Shown here: piece after piece, positions 23,705 to 37,269 of the stretch
How positions within the stretch are numbered: position 1 is the first letter of the stretch
Layout: the number at the start of each line of letters is the position of its first letter
Source: Chiloscyllium plagiosum
Lineage: Eukaryota
DNA length: 64,000 nucleotides
Reading direction: 5' to 3'
NCBI RefSeq assembly: GCF_004010195.1
Contig: NC_057718.1
Coordinates: 55,901,862-55,965,861, forward strand
Notes under the pieces: model-generated
Told to the model about the DNA's origin: nothing
Seen by the model: only the letters and a program-made list of their open reading frames with translations
The model's database searches: none
Program-made: the position numbers and the translations under genes

Positions 23705-25000
23705 TTAAATAAGTTTGCAGAGGATATCAAAATTGGTGTGTAGTGAACAATGAAGAAGACTATCTCAGAGTACAATGGAACCTTGATCTGATGGGCTGAC
23801 CAATGGCAGTTAGAGTTTAAATTTAGATAACTGTGAGGAGTTGGTAAGGCAAGTCAGAGCAGGGACCTATACACTTAATGGCAAGGCCCTGGGGTGTGTT
23901 AGAGAAACTGAGGACTGCAGATCAGAGCTGGGAATGTGGTGCTGGAAAAGCACAGCAGGTCAGACAGCATCCGAGGAGCAGGAGAATCAGCGTTTCGGAC
24001 ATTAGCCCTTCATCAGGAATGAAGAAATCCTGGGGAGTGTAGCCAAACAAAGACCTTGAGGTGCATATTTATAGTTTCTTGGAGGTGGAGTTGCAGGTAG
24101 ACAGGATATTGAAGGAATTTGGTATGCTTGCCTTTATTGGTCAGTGCTATGATTATTGGAGTTGGGATGTCATGTTGTGGCTGTACGGGACATTGGTTAG
24201 GCCACTTTTGGAATACTGCTTTCAATTCTGGTCTCCCGGTTCAGAAAAGATTTACAACAATGTTGCCAGGGTTGGAGAGTTTGAGCTAAGGAAGAGGCTG
24301 ATTAGGCTGGAGCTATTTTCCCTGGAGCATCAGAGGGAGAGGGCTGACCTTCTAGAAGTTTTTTAAAATCACGAAGGGCATGGATAGGGTGAATAGCCAA
24401 GGTGGGAAGTCCAGAACTGGAGGGCTTAGGTTGAAGGAGAGAGGGAAAAGATTTAAAACAGACATAAGGGGCAGCTTTTTCATACAGTGGCTGGTGAGTG
24501 TGTGGAATGTGATGCCAGAGGAAGCTGGAGGCTGGTACAATTACAACATTTAAAAGGCATCTAGATGAGTACAGATAGCATGGTGGCTCGGTGGTTAGCA
24601 CTGCCCAGCACAAGAACCTGGGTTCAATTCCAGCCTTGGTGGCCCTGTGTGGACTTTGCATATTCTTTCCATGTCTGCATGGGTTTCCGCCCATAGTTCA
24701 AAGATGTGCAGTTTGGGTGGATTGGCCATGCTAAATTGCCTGTAGTTTTCAGGAATGTGCAGGCTAGGTCAGTGATAGGGTGGGGGGTGGATCTGGATGG
24801 GATGCTCTTCGGAGGGTTGGTGTGGACTCGATGGGCTGAATGGCCAGCTTCCACACTGTAGGGATTCTATGAATAGAAAAGATTTAGAGGGATATGGGCC
24901 AAATGCTGGCAAAATGGGACTAGATTAATTTAGGATATCTGGTAGGCATGGACAAGTTGGACCAAACGGTCTTTTTCCACGCTGTACAACTCCGACTCTA
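23705..25000 (+). mobile_element. CR1 3' fragment with nested family-A PLE piece (about 23900-24027 -) and HE1 SINE (about 24576-24870 +)
   Basis: ORF 24061..24366 has LYGTLVRPLLEYCFQFWSP; the nested repeats are visible in the sequence. Confidence 0.8.
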
Positions 25001-25149
25001 CTTCTCAACCTTTTCCCTCATGTGAGGTGTGGTGACCCTTAGGTTAAGCAACTCCTAATCACCTCTGTTCCTCTAATGAGAGAACAATCCTCTGTGACTG
25101 TGGCAACTTTACCTAGAGGGATGAAGTCCTGCAGAGTGAATGCAGGGAG

Positions 25150-27620
25150 TTAAGAAAGAGGCCGAAATGCAGGATCTCAAGAGTAATAATTTCTGGATTA
25201 CTACCAGTGTTACATGCCAGTGAGGCAAGGTATGGAAATATAGGACAAATAAATGCATGGCTAAGGAACCCTGCATAGGACAGGGTTTCAGGTTCTTTGA
25301 TCTTTGGGATCTCTTCTCGGGTAGGAGCGATCTATACAAGAGGAACATCTAAACAGGAGGGGAACCAATATCCTCTGCAAGGAGATTTGCAATGCTACAC
25401 AAGAGGGTTTAAACTGAAATGATAGGGGTTGGGAACAAGAGCAGCAGGTCAGCAAATAGAGGGAGTGAGGGAAAGGTAGATGTTAGGACCAGTAAGTCTG
25501 AAAGGAAAGCCAAGCAGAGACAGGAAAATGAACACAGTGGGCTAAAGTGTTTTTCTTTCAATGTAAGGGGTATTATGGGTGAGGCAAATGAGCTTAGTCC
25601 CATGCACTGATTCAGGCTCTATGATGTGATGGCCATTACAGACACTTGGTTGAGAAGGGGACAGGACTGGCGAGTCAACAGTACAGGTTGTTGTTGTTTT
25701 AGATGAGGTAGAGAGGGAGGTGAAAGAGGTGGGGAAGTTGCATAACTAAATCAGGGAGAATGTCACATCTGCACTCAGAGGATATAGTGGAGGGGTCATC
25801 CACTGAGGCAGTAGAGCTCAAAAATAAGGAGTGTGCAATCTCTCTGCAGGGATACTGTAGGCCCCCAACGGTCACCAAGACATTGAGGAACAAATATGTA
25901 AGCAGATTATGGAAAGATGCAATAACAACAGGGTTGTCATTGTGGGTGACTAACTTCCCCCGTATTGACCGGAACTTCCTTAGAGCAAGAGGCTTAGATA
26001 GATCAGAACTTATCCGGTGCATCAGAGGGTTTCTTGAAACAGTATGTGCATGGTCCATATAGAGGAGACTTACTGGACCTTGTATTGGCTCATAAGCCTG
26101 GCAAGGTGACTGTTCTTTTTTTTAAAATCATTTTCATTTTTTTTAAAACCCCCATGCTACTGCCTAACTGCGGTAGTGCTTATTTTTTCCCCAGCACCCA
26201 TGTTGTGTGCGCGCGCGCGCAGGTGTGAGACACAGTGAAAGACACAAGGTGTACAAATCTTTATTCAAATTTCCATCACCAGGAAGAAAAGGAACACCCA
26301 AGTAGCCAGTGACAAGCAGTGCCCTTCACATCAAAGTGTGACTGACCTTTCAGTGGGAGAGCATTTTGGAAACAGTGATTACAACTCATTAGGTTTTAAG
26401 ATAGCTATGAATAAAAAGTCAGAACTTTGCAGGAAGGTACTAAATTGGTGGGAGTGAAGGCAAATTAGTATTAGGCAGGAGCTAGGGAGATGTAATTGGG
26501 AGCAGCTGTTATTGTGCAAGGCCACATTTGACATGTGGGAGCTGTTTAAAGACCTACTGATCAGAGTTCAGGATGAGCATGTTCCACTAAGGAGGGAGGA
26601 CAAGGATGGCAGGGTAAGGGATCCTTGATTAACAAGGGAAGTTGTGAATTTAGTCAAAAAAGGGAAAAAAGCATACGTAGGGTTTAGGAAGCTAAAATTG
26701 GATAAAGCCCATGATGAATATAAAAGAATCTTGCAAAGATTTGTAGTGCAGGTTGTGGATGTGATGCCACAGAAGTCACATTTATATGGCCTAGCATGGT
26801 GAAGAAATATTTGCACGACAACCCACCAGCTTGGCAAGCTAACCTACAGTCACAAATATAACAAAAGCAGGAAAGAGCTCAAGCAGGGAATTAGGAGAGC
26901 AAGGAGGGGCCATGAAATGATCTTGGCAAGTGGTGTTAAAAGAGAATCCCAAGACATTCTATATATACACATTAAAAACAAAAGGATAACTAGGGAGAGG
27001 GTAGGACCATTCAAGGATAAAGGAGGGAGACAAAAGATGTGGGCAAGATCCTAGATGAATACTTTGCATTGGTATTCACCCAGGAGAAGGATGTGGAGGA
27101 TAGTAATATTAGTGTGGAATATGCTAGGGCATTTTGAGATCAAGAAAGAAGTGGCGTTGGGTCTCTTGGAGAGCATTAAGGTGGATAAAGTTCCCAGGGC
27201 CTGATGGTATCTAGCCCAGGTTATTGAGAGAGGCAAGAGACAAGATTGCTGAGGCCTTCACGAAGATCTTTGTATCCTCAATACCATGAGAGGTCCTGGA
27301 GGACTGGCAAGTAGCTAATGTTGTTCTCCTGAAGGAGTGAAATAGGGATAATCCAGGGAACTATAGACCAGTGAGTCTCACATCAGTATCTGGGAAGCTA
27401 TTGGAGAGAATGCTTAGGGATAGAATTTACGCAAAATTTGGAAAAGCATGGTGTAATTAGGAACAGTCAGCATGGCTTTGTGCAGGGCAGGTCATGCCTT
27501 ACCAGCTTGATTCAATTTTTTGAGGTCACAAAAGGTGATTGATGAAGATAGAGCTGGAGGTCCATGTCTAGTCGTGTTCCACATGGATTCGTACTGGGAC
27601 TTCTGCTGTTTGTAATATAT
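25150..27620 (+). mobile_element. CR1 remnant (ORF1 end, endonuclease, RT N-part)
   Basis: FNVRGI, LLDLVL, NYRPVSLTS and SQHGFV motifs in broken frames. Confidence 0.8.
26113..26337 (-). mobile_element. Tx1/L1-like 3' UTR fragment with A-rich tail
   Basis: Homologous to 59845-60030. AATAAA on the - strand; GTGACTG duplicated at 26106-26112 and 26338-26344. Confidence 0.75.
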
Positions 27621-27629
27621 ATCTACGTT

Positions 27630-28150
27630 ACAGTGCAGTGCAGGCCCTTGATGTTATGCTGACCAGTGAAAGTAATCTGATGTCCATCTAACCTGCAGTG
27701 TTCATTATCCATATGTACGCCCAATGCCCATTTAAATGCCCTTAATGTCAGCGAGTCTACTACTGTTGCAGGTAGGCCGTTCCACAACCCTACTACGGAG
27801 TAAAGAAACTACCCCTGATATCTGTCCTGTATCTAACACCCCTCAATTTAAAGCTACATCCCCTCGAGTTAGCCTTCACCACCTGAGGAAAAAGGCTCTC
27901 ACTGTCCACCCTATCTAACCCTCCGATTTTCTTGTATGTCTCGATTAGGTCACCTCTCAACCTTCTTCTCTCCAACAAAAACAGCCTCAGTTCCCTCAGC
28001 CTTTCCTTGTAAGGCCTCCCTTCCATACTGGACAACATCCTAGTAAATCTCCTGAACCCATTCCAAAACTTCCACATCCTTCCTATAGTGTGGTGACCAG
28101 AAGTACATGCAATACTCCCGGTGCGGCCGTACCAGTGTCATGTACAGCTG
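27630..28150 (-). mobile_element. CR1 3' end
   Basis: ORF 27793..28077 has RRFTRML...RRLRGDLIETYK. Confidence 0.85.
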
Positions 28151-28810
28151 AATCTGAAGTCAGAATTGAGAGTTTATTAAAATAATATTTGGAAGTTCAC
28201 TGAGGCCAGAGAATGAATTATTGTTTTGGAATTTCAATCATAAAGGTTCTGAAATTAACTATTTATCCAGGACTCTTTCCTCAAACTAAAAAACAACATA
28301 CATTGGTGTTTTAAGGAAAGGGGAAATAAGTTACTTGACTTTTTTTTTCCTCTTTGTTGGTTTTAGATAGAATTAATTACACAGTCAGTCAAAGAGGTAA
28401 AATCAAGAAGGTAATTCCAAATAAGTATTCTGTAGCAGGTTTTTTTTAAAATGACCACAGATTGTTCCTTAAATGGACACCACCTAACCAAACATATTCC
28501 AAACTGATAAAAATATACACAGTACTTTCAAAATCAGCATACACAAAATATAAACTAAACTCAAAGTATCCCCAGATCTCAAGATCCAAGGACGGAAAAC
28601 ATACAAATGATACAAGACAGCATTTTAAACAGCCAACAAACTACAAACTGTACTACAAGAGTTAACAGTTAGCTCAGGGACTGTTGACACTGGAAGAACA
28701 GAAAAGATTTATTACCACAATCGAGAACAAAAAGCTGGTCTCGGTCTTCCCCACAACATGTGAACAATTTGTTCCAATCTCAGTTTTTAACTTTATGCTT
28801 ATCCTTAACT

Positions 28811-29492
28811 CATGATTTGGAGATGCAGGTGTTGGACTGTGGTGTACAAAGTTAAAAGTCACACTACACCAGGTTATAGTCCAATAGGTTTATTTGGAAG
28901 CGCTAGCTTTTGGAGCGCTGCACATTCATCAGGTGGTTGCTCAGTGAGAGAGAGAGAGAGATGTACAAGTAGTTTCACATCTAATGATTCCAGAACCAGT
29001 ACTTATTATACACTGTCGCGGTACCCATAGGGAGGGCCTCAACCGGGACCTTGGGTTCATGTCACATTACAGGTGATCACCATTGCACTACAAGCGCGCA
29101 CACACCTACACACGCGCGCGCACACACCTACACACGCGCACACACCTACACACACACACACCTACACACCCCAGGCAGCTAACCCGAGAATGCAACTTTA
29201 AAAAAAAAAAGGGTTTGTGATTTACACATGAAAGAAGTGAAACTATCACTGTATTCTAACAGATGAAAGGCTTAACAGACAATCAATTCTTCAATGTATA
29301 ATTTCACTTACATCACACTGCAAATTTTTGCTATAAATTCTGTGTTACGATCGAGCCCTCCACAATCACCTGATGAAGGAGTGTCGCTCAGAAAGCTAGT
29401 GTGCTTCCAATTAAACCTGTTGGACTATAACCTGGTGTTGTGTGATTTTTAACTTTGTACACCCCAGTCCAACACCGGCATCTCCGAATCAT
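28811..29492. mobile_element. PLE-derived element (family B) with ~130-bp inverted termini, each bearing a hammerhead motif
   Basis: atgatttggagatgc... at the left and ...gcatctccgaatcat at the right. CTGATGA..GAAAGCTA at about 29370-29398; internal (CA)n/(GA)n. Confidence 0.8.
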
Positions 29493-29519
29493 AGAATAAG
29501 TATGTATTTTTTCTGGTTG

Positions 29520-30460
29520 GCAAGATGTGATGACTGAAGTCCTGGAGGGATCTGTGCAAATAACTTAGATGAGGGGAGCCAAGGTAAGGTAGCTAAATTT
29601 GCACATGACAAAACTTGATAGGGAAACATGAGAAAAGTACATAAGAAGATTGTGGACAGTTGTATGTAGGTTGCCAGAATGGGAAAAATCTGGCAAAAGA
29701 AGAATAGTCTGGCAAAATATGAATTGTGCACTTTTGCAGAATATTATTTAAATGGAGAATGACTGCAGGATACTAAAGGTACAGAGGGATCTAGGTGTTC
29801 TACTGTTTGAGTCACCAAAAGAACAAGCAGCTGAGAAAGCTAATGGAATGCTAAAACTTTATTAAGACAGGAATTGAACATGAAAGTAAGCATGTTATAT
29901 TTCAGTTCGACAGTGTTGGTCAGATCACATCTTGATTACTATATGCAATTGGGGAATTTAAGGAAGGGTGTAATGGGTATTGGAGTCAGTTCAGCAGATC
30001 TTTTCTATATTGATACTTGGAATGAGTGGGTTGTCTCATTAAGAAATTTTGGACAGAATAGGCTAGTTTCCACTGGAGTTTATAAGAATGAGGAGAACTT
30101 GATTGAAGTACATTAAAATCCTGAACAGTCTTGACAAGCAGAACCTGGAAAGGATGTTTCCTCTTGTCGGTGAGTACAGAATTAGGGGAAACTATTTAAA
30201 TATTAAAGGGTCACCCTTTGAGATTGAAGAGGAGGAGAAATTTTTCCGTTAAAAAGTTGTGCAGCTTTGGAACTCTACTTCAGAAGATGATGAATGTGTA
30301 TTTAGGACAGAGGTGAATATATTCTTGCAAGGCAAGGGAGTCACATGTTACAAGCTAGATGGGAAGGTGGAATTGGAAATACCACAGACCAGTGATGATC
30401 TTGAATGGCTGAGCAAGTTCAAATTATCTACTTCTGCTCCTAATTCATATTTTCATATGT
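29520..30460 (+). mobile_element. Degenerate CR1 3' fragment
   Basis: KFAHD, VLVRSHLDY and NLIEVH motifs. Confidence 0.7.
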
Positions 30461-32064
30461 TCTGCTGTTTAACCTCTTCTACCTTTTGAATGAGATTGAT
30501 CTTGGCAGAGGGTTTTGCAAGATCAAGTCATCAGACCTGAGGAGATCATAAGGTGAATTTATTCAATCTCGTACCACATCTATGCAGGATAGGCCTCGAA
30601 GTCTGGTTTGGATACAGCTGAAAACATCATACTTATACGTTTTGCATCATGATGGTTACATGCAATATTGATATGAATCAACTACCATATCAGTCATTTG
30701 CTAGTCAGTTCTCAATTGTGGGTTTTCACATTTCCACCAGACCCTCTGTTTCCCTAATGAGGCAAATCTGTTTTCACCATCTGTCCTCCATATCCTGTAT
30801 TCTTATACATAGCTCACTGTACTGTGCAATGCCATTGACCTGTGGTCTAGGAATCATATAGAATGACCATCTTGCCCAACACACACACAAACAAACAGCT
30901 GATCCTTCAGTAACTGCTGATTGTTCCCTTTCTATATTCCTGTGGTTAAATTGCCTAAGCTGCACTATTTCATTATATGAATGTAGTCCACACTTAGCCC
31001 TACCCCCTACTGCTAGTCTGATCTTACATTTTACTGTACATCATGTTTTATAGTATTCTGCTCCTTTCCACATGTTTTCCCCTTTTACTTTCTCCTATCC
31101 TCCTTACTCTTTAGTTCAAGAATTGGTTAGGGTTACAGTTAAGGTTCCTACTTCACAGTCAAGAATTAATTATCGCTCTGAAGTACATATATGATTTCTA
31201 CTATTTGACCTCCTCTATATTGCAAAATTGCTGTAACATTCCTTTAATCTTAAATGATATGTCTCAGACAATTTATTTCCACTGTTGCTGGCTGTAAACT
31301 TTTCTTAACCATAAGGTAACCATCCGATGAAAAAGCAATACTTCCCCCAGTGTATAAATACATGAGGTAAACCCGATTTAAGTATCAGGTTCCTAAAATG
31401 CAGGTTTTTCACCCTTATTATTAGTCATTATTTGATTTCTTGCTTTTCTGGAACAGTGTCCCATTTCCATTCTTTTGCAGGAAGTGACAGATAAAACACT
31501 CACATAATAGCTGGGCAATGTCTGTGCCTGTGAAGTACCTTTGGTTCACAGCACTGATGAAGAATTTTACTGTCTTGTACCGAACTCACTAAGTTGTTTG
31601 TAGTTTTGTACCTTAAAAATTGAGTGGATACTGCTCATCTCCTTTGCCAAGACTGATACTCTCCTTGAAGGATGGATCTGGTGCTGCTTTCAAACTTTAG
31701 CTTCAGACACCATCTGAATGGCTTTCTGTGCAGTCAGGTTTTCCTTGGACTGTAATAAATCTGACAAAGCAATTCTCTGTCTGTTATGAGGTATGACCAA
31801 AGTCACCTTAGTTTCATTTCTCTAGTAAATCTGTAGAGATCATTAATTAAACCATCTAGGGGTTCCCCTGAATGTTTAACTCTTCTATTCAAAAGCTTTT
31901 AATGTTTTAAGACTTCTTCAAAAGTAGGTGTTGCTTCTTTTACCCTTGATGAGTGAATGACGTCATCAGCTATGTTCCCAGTTGTGTGTTAAAGTCAATT
32001 TACTCCTTCAGCTTTTGGTTTAGTATCTAATTTAGAAGTTATTAGGTGCCTTATAAATTATTTA

Positions 32065-35000
32065 GAGCCATACAGTCAGATGTACAACACAGAAACAGAC
32101 CCTTCGGTCCAACTCGTCCATGCCGAGCAGATATCCTGACCTAATCTAGTCCCATTTGCCAGTGCTTGGCCCATATCACTCTAAACCCTCCTATTCATAT
32201 ATCCACCCAGATGCCTTTTAAAATATTGTAATTTGTATCAGCCTCCACCAATTCCTCTGGCAGGTCATTCCATACACGCACCACCCTCTGCATAAAAAAG
32301 CTGCCCCTTAGATTCCTTTTAAATCTTTCTCCTCTCACCCTGAACCTATGGCCTCTACTTCTGCACTCCCCCATTCCAGGGAAAATACCTTGAATGTTTA
32401 TCCTACCCATGCCCTTCATGATTTTATAAAGGTCTATAAGATCACCCCTCAGCCTCCAACACTGCAGGGAAAACAGTCCCAGCCTATTCAGCCTCTGCCT
32501 ATAGCTCAAATCCTCCACACCTGGCAGCATTCTTATAAATCTTTTCTGAACCCTTTCAGATTTCACAACATCTTTCCGATAGGAAGAAGACCAGAATTGC
32601 ATGCAATATTCCAAAAGCAGCCTAACCAATGTCCTGTATAGCTGCAATATGACCTCCCAATTCATATACTCAATGCTCTGACCAATGAAGGAAAGCATAC
32701 CAAATGCCACCTTCACTATCCTATCAAGTGTGACTCCACTTTCAAGAAACTATCAACTCCACTCCAAGGTCTTTGTCAGTAAGTTCCCTAGCACCTTACC
32801 ATTAAGTGTACAAGTCCTGCTAAGACTTACTTATCCAAAATGCAGCATCTCACATTTATCCAAATTAAACTCCATATGCCACGTCTCAGCCCATTGGCCC
32901 AGCTGATCAAGATCCTGTTGTAATTTGAAGTAATCTTCTTCGCTGTCAACGACATGTCCAATTTTGGTGTTATCTGCAAACTTACTAACCATACCTCCAC
33001 GTTCACATCCAAAAGCATTTATATAAATGATCAAAATCAGTGAAACCAGCACTGATCCTTGTGGTACACCACTGGTCGCAGACCTCCAGTCTGAAAAGCA
33101 ACCCTCCACCACCACCCACCCTCTATCTTCTACCTTCGGACCAGTTGTATATCTATATGGCTAGTTTTCCCTGTATTCCATGAAATCTAACCTTGCTAAC
33201 CATTCTCCTATGAGGAGCCTTGTGGAACATTTTACTGAAGTCCACATAGATCACATCCACTCTGCCCTCAAACTTCTTTGTTACTTCTTCAAAAACGCAT
33301 AAGAGAAAGGATTTCCCCACACACAAAGCCATGGTGACTATCCCTCATCAGTCCTTGCTTTTCCAAATACATATAAATCCTGTCCCTCAGGATTCCCTCC
33401 AGCAACTTACCTACCACCGATGTCAGGCTCACTGGTCTATCGTTCCCTGGCTTGTCTTTACCACCTTTCTTAAAAGGGTAGCACCATGTTAGCCAACCTC
33501 CAGGTCATCCAGCACCTCACCTGTGACTATTGATGATATAAATATCTCAGCAAGGGGCCCAGCAATCACTTTCCTAGCTTCCCAGAATTCTAGGGTACAC
33601 CTGATCAAGTCCTAGAGATTTATCCACTTTTATGCATTAAGACATCTAGCACCCCCTCCCCTGTAATGTGGTGACATCTTGAAAAATGTCCATCTACTTC
33701 CCCACATTCTATCCTCCCATGTCCTTCTCCACAATGAACACTGATGCAAAATACTCATCTATTATCTCCCCCATCTCCTGCAGCACCACAAATAGGCTGC
33801 ATTGCTGATCTTTGAGAGGCCCTATTCTCTCCCTCATTACTCTTTATTCTTAATGTATTTACAAAAAAAAACTCTTAACCTTTTTTGCCAAAGCTCTCTC
33901 ATGTCCCTTTTTTGCCCTCCTGATTTCCCTCTTAAGTATACTCCTACTGCCTTTATACTCTAAGGATTCACTCTATCTATCCTGTCTATACCTGACATAT
34001 GTTTCCTTCTTTTTCTTAATCAAAACCTCAATTTCTCTAGTCATCCAACATTCCCTACACCTACCAGCCTTTCCTTTCACCCTAACAGGGATATACTGTC
34101 TCTGGACTCTCGTTATCTCATTTCTGAAGGCTTCCCATTTCCAGCTGTCCCTTTACCTGTGAACATCTGCCCCCGGTCAGCTTTTGAGTGATCTTGCCTA
34201 ATACTGTCAAAATTAGTCTGTCTCCAATTTAGGAGATCAACTTTTAGATCCAGTCTATCCTTTCCATCACTATTTTAAAACTAATAGAATTATGGTCACT
34301 GGCCCCAAAGTGCTCCCCTACTGACACCTCAGTCATCTGCCCTGCCTGACTTCTCCAAGAGTAAGTCAAGTTTTACACCTACTCTAGTAAGTACATCCAT
34401 ATACTGAATCAGAAAATTTTCTGGTGCACACTTAAATTCCTCTCCATCTAAACCCTTAACACTATGGCAGTCCCAGTCTATGTCTGGAAAGTTAAAATCT
34501 CCTACCATAGCCACCCTGTTATTCTTAACAGATAACAAATCTCCTTCCAAATTTGTTTCTCAATTTCCCTCTGACTATTAGGGGATATATAATACAATCC
34601 CAATAAGGTGATCATCCCTTTCTTATTTCTCAGTTCCACCCAAATAACTTGTCTGGATGTATTCCCAGGAATATTTCCCATTAAGTACAGCAGTTATACT
34701 ATCTCTTATCAAAAATGCCACCTCTCCCCCTTTCTATCCTTCCTATAGCATTTATATCCTTGAACATTAAGCTGCCAATCCTGTCCATTCCTGAGCCACT
34801 TTTCTGTAATTGCTATATCCCAGTCCCATGTTCCTAACCATGCCCTGAGATCATCTGCCTTCCCTGTTAGGCTTCTTGCATTGAAGTAAATGCAGTTTTA
34901 TTTAATCAGTCCTACCTTGTTTTCTGCTTTGTTCCTTCTTGCCCTGACTCACTTCCTTTCCCAGCTGTACTAGTCTCAGATTGATGTCCTTCCTCATCAT

Positions 35001-35145
35001 TTCCCTGGGTCCCAACTCCCTACCTTGCTAGTTTAAATCCTCCCAAGCAGCTCTAGCTAATTTCCCTGCCAGTATATTAGTTGCCTTCCAATTCAGGTCC
35101 AATTCATCCTTCTTGTACAGGTCACTTCTACCCATGAAGATATTC
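32065..35145 (-). mobile_element. Long CR1 LINE remnant (~3 kb)
   Basis: SGVPQGSVL, SKFADNTK, LYRTLVRLLLEYC and VGDFNFPDIDW in ORFs 32195..33115 and 34329..34550. Confidence 0.92.
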
Positions 35146-36082
35146 AGTTCTGTGTTCAATTTGATCCATCTCGGAAATTAAGTCTTCCTGGCAACATCAT
35201 TTCCATTGTCATGCCTTCCTAATGCAAAATATATATTTTACTAGCTTTAGAGAAAAAAAAATTCTCAGTTCTGTTGCTGTTTTCAACCATACTGAAAAAA
35301 AAAGTTATATTTTCTGGGCAAATGCCATTGTGGCAGATAAAAAAACAACAGTAAATTCTCCTGACAGCCTGTCGTGCTGCAGCTTTTTCCTGTCATTAGG
35401 AGCCTAATCTCTTATGAGGCTCAAGATGCTAAAACTTTTCAAGAAGTCACTGACATAGTTAAGGAATATTAAAACTCCAAGCCTCCTCTAATTCTGAGGC
35501 ACTATCACTTTCATTGGGCAATGAGAGAGCCAGGAGAATCCGTATTCAGGTTTTTGACAAGGTTAAGATGACTGACAGAAGGCTGTGAATTTGGTTTAAT
35601 CCCTTAATGAGATGCTTAGAGACCATCTGATATGCAGGTTAATGATGTAATTATGCAAAAAATGCCTGCTTGGTGAAGCTCAACTGGATTTCAAACAGTT
35701 GCTACAAATGGTTTCATCATTGGAAAATGTGGGGCATGAGCTACAGGGAATTCTGATGGAAGTGGACACCCTCAGTCCAACTAAGCCAAGTGAACACCAC
35801 TTGAGTGCAGGCAAGTGCACAGCCTCACTCAGGAGATATCCTGATCAGAGGGACTCTAGGAAGGCCCACAGTAAAGCTCCATAACCAAAGCCAAGTCTTT
35901 ACCAAACAGTTAAAACTTCTCCAGGATTCTGACCAGCAAGCTATTGTAGTTATTGCCAGTATGCAGAATCAAGACAGCAAAAGGGTCCTACTACATCTAA
36001 GTTGATTAAGATGGCTCATAGGCTGGCATTCTTAAAGCTCATACCCTGAAAAGTCCACCTACATCAGATTTGCAACAGTTAA

Positions 36083-37269
36083 AAGTTTGTGAGAAGATTT
36101 GTAGCTTGGGTGCACGTTGCTGTGGTTCTGTTCGCCGAGCTGGAAGTTTTTGTTGCAAACTTTTCGTCCCCTGTATGGTGACATCCTCAGTGCTTGGGAG
36201 CCTCCTGTGAAGCGCTTCTGTGGTTTTTCCTCCGGCATTTATAGTGGCCTGTCCCTGCCGCTTCTGGTTGTCAGTTTCAGCCATCCGCTGTAGTGGCCGG
36301 TATATTGGGTCCAGGTCTATGTGTTTGTTGATGGAGTTTGTGGATGAGTGCCAAGCTTCTAGGAATTCCCTGGCTGTTCTTTGTTTCGCTTGCCCTATAA
36401 TGGTAGTGTTGTCCCAATCAAATTCATGTCTGCATGTGTCTGCGTGTGTGGCTACTAGGGATAGCTGGTCGTGTCATTTCGTGGCGAGTTGATGTTCGTG
36501 GATGCGGATCGTTAGCTGTCTTCCTGTTTGTCCTATATACACCAGAACTGCAAAAAGAGGAAGAGGAACACCTATACAAGGTATTCGCAAAAAACGATAT
36601 CCTCGCAATTTCATCAACAGATGCCTAAGAGAAAGACAACGGAACGAGGACATGCCGCAACCCAAAGGACTAGCCACACTACCATACATCAGGAGCATTT
36701 CAGAACTGACAGCCAGACTACTGCGACCACTAAGACTTATAACATCACACAAACCAACAGCCACTCTCAGACAACAACTCACCAGAACGAAGGACCCGAT
36801 ACCCACATTAGCATAACTAATGTAGTGTACAAAATCCCATGCAAGGACTGCACAAAACACGATATAGGAAGACAGCTAACTATCCGCATCCACGAACATC
36901 AACTAGCCACGAAACAACACGGCCAGCTATCCCTAGTAGCCACACACGCAGACGAGAAGCAACATGAATTTGACTGGGACAACACTACCATTATAGGGCA
37001 AGCGAAACAAAGAACAGCCAGGGAATTCCTAGAAGCTTGGCACTCATCCACAAACTCCATCAACAAACACATAGACCTGGACCCAATATACCGGTCACTA
37101 CAGCGGACGGCTGAAACTGATAACCGGAAGCGGCAGGGACAGGCCACTATAAATCCCGGAGGAAACACCACTGAAGCGCTTCACAGGAGGCTCCCAAGCA
37201 CTGAGGATGTCACCTAGGCAGGGGACGAAACATTTGCAACAAAAACTTCCAGCTCGGCGAACAGAACCA
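36083..37269 (+). mobile_element. Penelope-like element (Poseidon type) with inverted 5' copy of its 3' region
   Basis: GIY-YIG NVVYKIPCKDC...IRIHEH. About 36110-36535 is the inverse of about 36860-37268. 13-bp TSD TTGCAACAGTTAA at 36070-36082 and 37270-37282. Confidence 0.92.
37198..37238 (+). ncRNA. Decayed hammerhead motif in a PLE terminal repeat
   Basis: GCA-CTGAGGA-t-GTCACC-taggca-GGGGAC-GAAA-catt-TGC. Confidence 0.6.

Noticed and set aside
36528..37217. 229-aa ORF as an intact or domesticated GIY-YIG nuclease
   Set aside because: It is a frameshifted chimera, the YIGQTG motif is damaged, and the element is truncated.
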